Origin: Macrostomum lignano
Taxonomy: Eukaryota
Assembly (NCBI GenBank): GCA_002269645.1
Contig: NIVC01001150.1
Span: 1 to 64,000, forward strand
Direction: 5' to 3'
DNA: 64,000 bases
Positions within the stretch are counted from its first letter, which is position 1; every line of letters starts with the position of its first letter. Shown here piece after piece: positions 59,229 to 64,000 of this stretch. The notes below the pieces were generated by a model. It ran no database searches and was not told the DNA's origin. It saw only the letters and a program-made list of their open reading frames with translations. The translations under genes were made by a program, and so were the position numbers.

Positions 59229-60854
59229 TCATTAGGTTGTAAGTAACTCGTAAGTCGTTCCTCGCACTACGCATATGTTTTGACCATGAACTCATCGACA
59301 AGAAAACAAAAAGGAAAGCGCACTCGTACTATCATTTTCGAGAATGAATGCAACATTTAATCAAATTAGCTCGTAAGAGTAAAATTCATCCTAAATTTAG
59401 CTATTTTTAAGACCAAATAGACTCATAAATGTAATATTCTAATACAGGCAAGCGTATTATACTGCTCCCTTCTGTGTTAAGATTCTTCATGATACTAATT
59501 TGATATCAAGTCTATCAATATTTAGCTTACTTGATTCATGATGTGCGAATATCTAAATATCATATCTGCGACTATCGACAAGATGTGCCATCAGATGTCA
59601 GACTAAGTGCAGTTTCATACCGAAAGGCATAAAATTTTACCACGTACGAGTAATTGCAATTCGCCAACCGATGCAAGCTCTCTCGAAAGTGAGTGCCTCG
59701 CTGCGGTGCACTTTTTATTACAAGCGTAATGTAAGGTTGCTCCTGTGTACTTTACTCTGCTGTCATACATGAATTTTCAATGATCTGTAAACTGTAAACT
59801 ACTTTGAACTGTAGTGATCGGTGAATACTATCAGATAGATTTTTTTGCAAAAAATTGACGTTGTTAGACGCTTGACCTAACTGCGTACTTAAATGCTTTC
59901 TTCAGCATAAGAATATATTTTAAATAACTAGATTCCACCTATCAGTGGCAGATACTCTCCTGTGACCTCATGCTTTGTTACAAGCTGGCGTTTTTGCTTG
60001 CTCTGGGCTAAGTTACCACAGTAGCTGAATCAGTATAGAGTATCTATTAACATGATTATGACCCATTGTGGTGCGTCAGACAAAAAAATTGCCCCCATTT
60101 TTGCTCCAGTGCATCACAAATTTGTCAATGCATCAATTCCTTGTAAAGAACATCCTGGACTCAAGGATTCAATGACAGCGACATGTAGCGATCCAGGCTA
60201 TACTGCAGATGCAGAACGGCATTTGTATTTGCAATTATGTTGTGTGCTTCAAATGCTATGTTTTGTATTTTGGAGTCCTCGCCACAAAGCATAGCAATTA
60301 AACATGAATCATTACGACTTTAAAAATTTATGAAGGACTTAAGTTTTTCCTGATAGTGGGCTTTGAATTGCTGATTCCTTCAAGTAACTCCTGAATGCCC
60401 ATGCTAAACAAAAGCAACTAATTTTGCATTGGGAGTTGCACTGGGGTAGCAAAGCGCTACTGCCAGTACTCGTATCACAGTTAATACTTTATGATTGTCA
60501 GACAGAATTTTATCGCTTTATCTTTGCGACCAGTAGAGAAGTTGAGGCTCTCGAACCCCCTCAGTCCGCGACAGGCAAGTTGCAGCACATGAACTGGCGT
60601 CTACCCCTCATCGCTCTGTCAGAGCTACTGTTCAAGCTCACGCCACGCCAATTAGGCGCAGGCCAAATCTATCAGAATTGCTCACTTTTGACAGGCCGAA
60701 TAGAGGCCTGCAGGCACCGCCTGGGAGCCATGCCACTGCGGCGTTGCGATATTTAGATCTTCTGAATTCGGCTTTATGATAGTGGATGCTTTAAATTTGT
60801 TTTTTGGCGATGTGAAAATTGGGTCTTTTCATCGAACTTTCAAAAGAGAGCTGA

Positions 60855-61260
60855 TTGACAGCAGCGTCACAGGTCGCACGCTGCGCACGCTGGGCGCAAA
60901 CGTAGGCCGTGCCCGCCGACCGATTCCGACGCGCCGGCGTCAACCAGGACGACCAGTCGACGAAAGTCCAAGTGGGCGATGCCTTAGCCGGTAGGGTGCC
61001 TGCCGCATCAGCAGAAGCATCTCCTGCACCGGCTGTGGCAGTAAGACTCGGCGCGGATGATGTGGCCTGCCAGCTGAGTTTCAGGCGCAACCGGTCGCTT
61101 GGACGCACCAGCCAGCGAGGCGATACAGTCCCGCGTTGGTGACTCGCTCGTTGTCAATCTTAGAGATGACGCACAGCAGGCCCGCGTGCGTCAACTTGCT
61201 GTTTGAGCGAGTCTGTCAGCGTCCAGGTTCAGAGCTGTGCAGCAAGACGGAGCTACTTGA
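60855..61260 (-). mobile_element. Degenerate 3' part of an RTE-like non-LTR retrotransposon ORF
   Basis: Minus-strand TWTLTDSLKQQVDA...IDNERVTNAGLYRLAG...RLKL(A)GHIIRAESY...VQEMLLLMRQAPYR, the typical post-RT region of RTE-group elements; frameshifted. Confidence 0.8.
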
Positions 61261-61993
61261 CAACTACGCTTGGAACAACATTTTATCTGGACTAAACCAA
61301 CTAGGTAATTTAGCCGGAGATTTGTGATGCGAGTTTGGATGCTACATGGCAACTTCATTTTCAGATATCTTCGGTGCAAAATTTAGGATCATTATGTGCA
61401 GTGTTACCCTGTGAAAAAATCTTTTCAGAGGCATTACCACTTGTGCTAACAACCTGTAATATATTCTCGGAATCACAATATTAATTTACACCAGAACCCA
61501 CTTTATCCAGCAAGAGTTCTTCCTTACAGGGACTTAGATGCACCCAGCAGTTTGCTAAGCTCAAACACTAGACAGCCAGTCAGTTCCACTCCAGCAGCAG
61601 CGGACTTCGGACCAGTCTGGCATCAATTTGCTCCGAGTTTGACCAAATTTGTTTGCACTTGCTGCTCAGTGGAAATTTTATTGGCGAATAAAGTCAGCAA
61701 GGTGGTCTTTAATTGCAAGCACACATTTGCAGGGTTAGCGACGAGTGCAGGCTGACTGCCGACAAATATATAGAACTGCCGGGTCAGAATCAATTAGTTG
61801 ATGAATTATGAGATGTGCAGCGGCTTGAATTGACTGCACTTGCACTCTGGTGAGTAATTGCCGGACTGCAGGCAAACAGAATTGCTGTACGGGTCCCAGC
61901 CATTAAATAATTGGCTTCCCAGTCAGTTTACCTGGGCTCATTCGCGTCTATATTTACCAAGCAGCTGCTGTAGCCAGGATGTAACCGAGCAGC

Positions 61994-64000
61994 ATGTCAG
62001 CAACAACCAAATCTGCGGCAGCGATTGTGAAGGAAGAATGGAACCACTTCCGGACTTCTTCATCCGTTCGTGGTCTGAAGAGAACAATGACGTCACCAAC
62101 ATGGAGTTTGAAAATTTTCTGGATCCTGTTTCTGCTTGCATTTTTTGCAGTTACGATCGCCCAAATGTACAATGTGCTGTCAGTGTATTTGAAGCAAAAA
62201 GACGCCACGATCATGCAGATTCGAAAAGAAGAGAACTCGCCGCAGAAATTTCCTGCCATTTCCTTCTGCAGGCAGCAGCCGTTCGTCAAGGGCAGCATCG
62301 TGATGGAGAAACTCAGACAGCACAATGCTACCTTTCTCTCCCAAGAGGAGTACAGTCTGTTCCTCAATAAGGAAACTCAGGACTTGCTGTCATTGAACCT
62401 GAGTGATGTACAGCTGAGCGACACATCGCAGAGCATTTTGATTTTCTACGATACACTACAAGAGTTCTATGCTCAAATTCCAACTGCAGCAGTGCCAGAA
62501 GTCGCCATGCAATTCGATCATTTGGTCCTGTATCTCAAGATCACTGATCAAGACGGAAAAACCGCCGTACATCACGTTTCATTTCAAGTTTTAACGGAGT
62601 TCACAAATCGGACAATACTGAAGGGGTTTACAAGTCGATTTTTACGGAAATCGGCCTTTTATCATCCAAAATATTTGCTGTGTCATACCCTCCGATTGGA
62701 AGTAAGTGACCGCAGGGTAGATTCTCAAATGCACTATCCATAAAAAATCGAATTCAATTTAACACAGCATGAGTGAATAACATTTGTCAATTTATGTGTC
62801 CAATGTTTATCTTCAATATTCCTAAAATTGAATTCCAGCTGTCTGAAGTAGACCTGAAGCGCATTGCCTCAGTAGACATGCTACTCTGGAATCCTAAAAA
62901 AAATTCAGCACTGAGTCACAGAAATCTGCCTCTCGTGCAGCCGCATTTCAAGGTTTCGTGAATGGCGACTCAATTCTGGTGGCTCTGCACCCACCTGAAG
63001 TGCATGGATATTCTGGCATACAAATTTCTGCCACACATCTGCAGCACGGCAGGATGAATATGTTGCAATTCGATACCATTGTGTCAGACTACGTGAATTG
63101 TGCCGATCGCAAACTGCGGCATGGCAGTTTTGGTGAATTCAGCTACACAAGTGGCCACTGCAAGTTAGTGTTTTGTTCAAGTAATTATATCAGATAGCAA
63201 ATTATTTTGGTGTAAGTTGTGTTTATTGAAATGCTGTGGATGTGAAGTTGCTTTTATTCATAAGCATCCAGCAATATCTGTACAAGATAGTATGTGAACT
63301 TTTATAGCATTTGGCAAAAAACAAAATAGTCTCGCATTTACATGATAGATGTAGTGATCACTGACGTCATGTGTTTAAGTCAATTGGTATACTGCAAATG
63401 CAAAAGCGACAAGTCGATCCGCAGTCAGCAATGAGACAGCAGGTTATAATTATGCCCTTTTCATCCCCTGAGTACCACAAGACTATAGTTATCTGATACA
63501 TATTGTAACTGGTGACAACTTTAAAATTGCAGCTTTCTTGAACTTGATGCCCAGCTCAGGCGAGAGTGCAACTGCACTTATGACCCGATGGCTTTCCCGA
63601 TGCCCAGATGCGGCCAGTTGCACAAAGGACAGTCACTGATGAGCAGCATCTTTGATTTATTCAGTTGCGTTAATAAAATCAGCACAGAAAATTCCGTCTG
63701 CAGTTTGCCGCCTTGCTCGCAAACTGAGTACGCCGTGTCGCCTCTGTTTTACGACTGGGGCATCAATGACTTCCAGTGGAAATGGTTCTGGGAATTCGCG
63801 ACGAACTGGGAGAAAGGTTTGGTCGAGTACTGGCAGTACAGAGGCCTCAACGCCTCGCAGAGAACTCAAGCACTTCGGCAGCCTCTCGTTAACTTCTCGG
63901 AAGTCAGCCGTCATTTGTCATCGGTGAGAATCGTGCGCAGATCGCTTCAGACTACTTTCGAGACTGAGGTAGCGCTGACCAGCGCAGCGAATCTGCTGAG
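61994..64000 (+). CDS. DEG/ENaC/ASIC-family ion channel, paralog 2 (3' end outside window; 1-nt frameshift in an A8 run at ~62896-62903)
   Basis: Exons 61994-62701, 62839-63163, 63533->64000, same exon structure as paralog 1; ~97-98% nt identical to it in the 5' and 3' blocks. Confidence 0.9.

Noticed and set aside
1-64000. tRNA, rRNA, telomeric repeats, prokaryotic operons or defence systems
   Set aside because: None recognised; gene structure is spliceosomal throughout.

Overview
Eukaryotic (metazoan) genomic DNA with GT-AG spliced genes. The GC-rich exons and minisatellite-stuffed introns resemble a Macrostomum-like flatworm; this is an inference, not verifiable here. Six spliced genes were reconstructed by hand with phase-consistent junctions: (1) the 3' part of a protocadherin (+, <1-6954, four 1-nt frameshifts); (2) a complete DLC1/STARD13-family SAM-RhoGAP-START gene (+, 13955-32849, 10 exons, 1138 aa); (3) an orphan NHL/beta-propeller-like gene (+, 34123-36623); (4) CEP44 (-, 37579-40487); (5,6) a tandem pair of DEG/ENaC/ASIC-family channels (+, 45477-59228 and 61994->64000). 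The first channel has an 11.3-kb 57-bp satellite inside a GC-AG intron. Decayed non-LTR retrotransposons occur at 11008-13171 (RT+RNase H, 12-bp TSD), ~8570-8730 and ~60855-61260 (RTE-like), and 41018-41104 (13-bp TSD). Nearly all long ORFs in the supplied track are tandem-repeat artefacts. Most interesting signals: two sharply bounded AT-rich islands almost devoid of CpG (possible targeted methylation/deamination or RIP-like erosion); a different private minisatellite in most introns, several copying the splice donor; and DEG/ENaC paralogs with non-canonical HG and GAS motifs and a mosaic pattern of homogenised pore regions around a divergent finger region. No CRISPR array, rRNA or tRNA was recognised.
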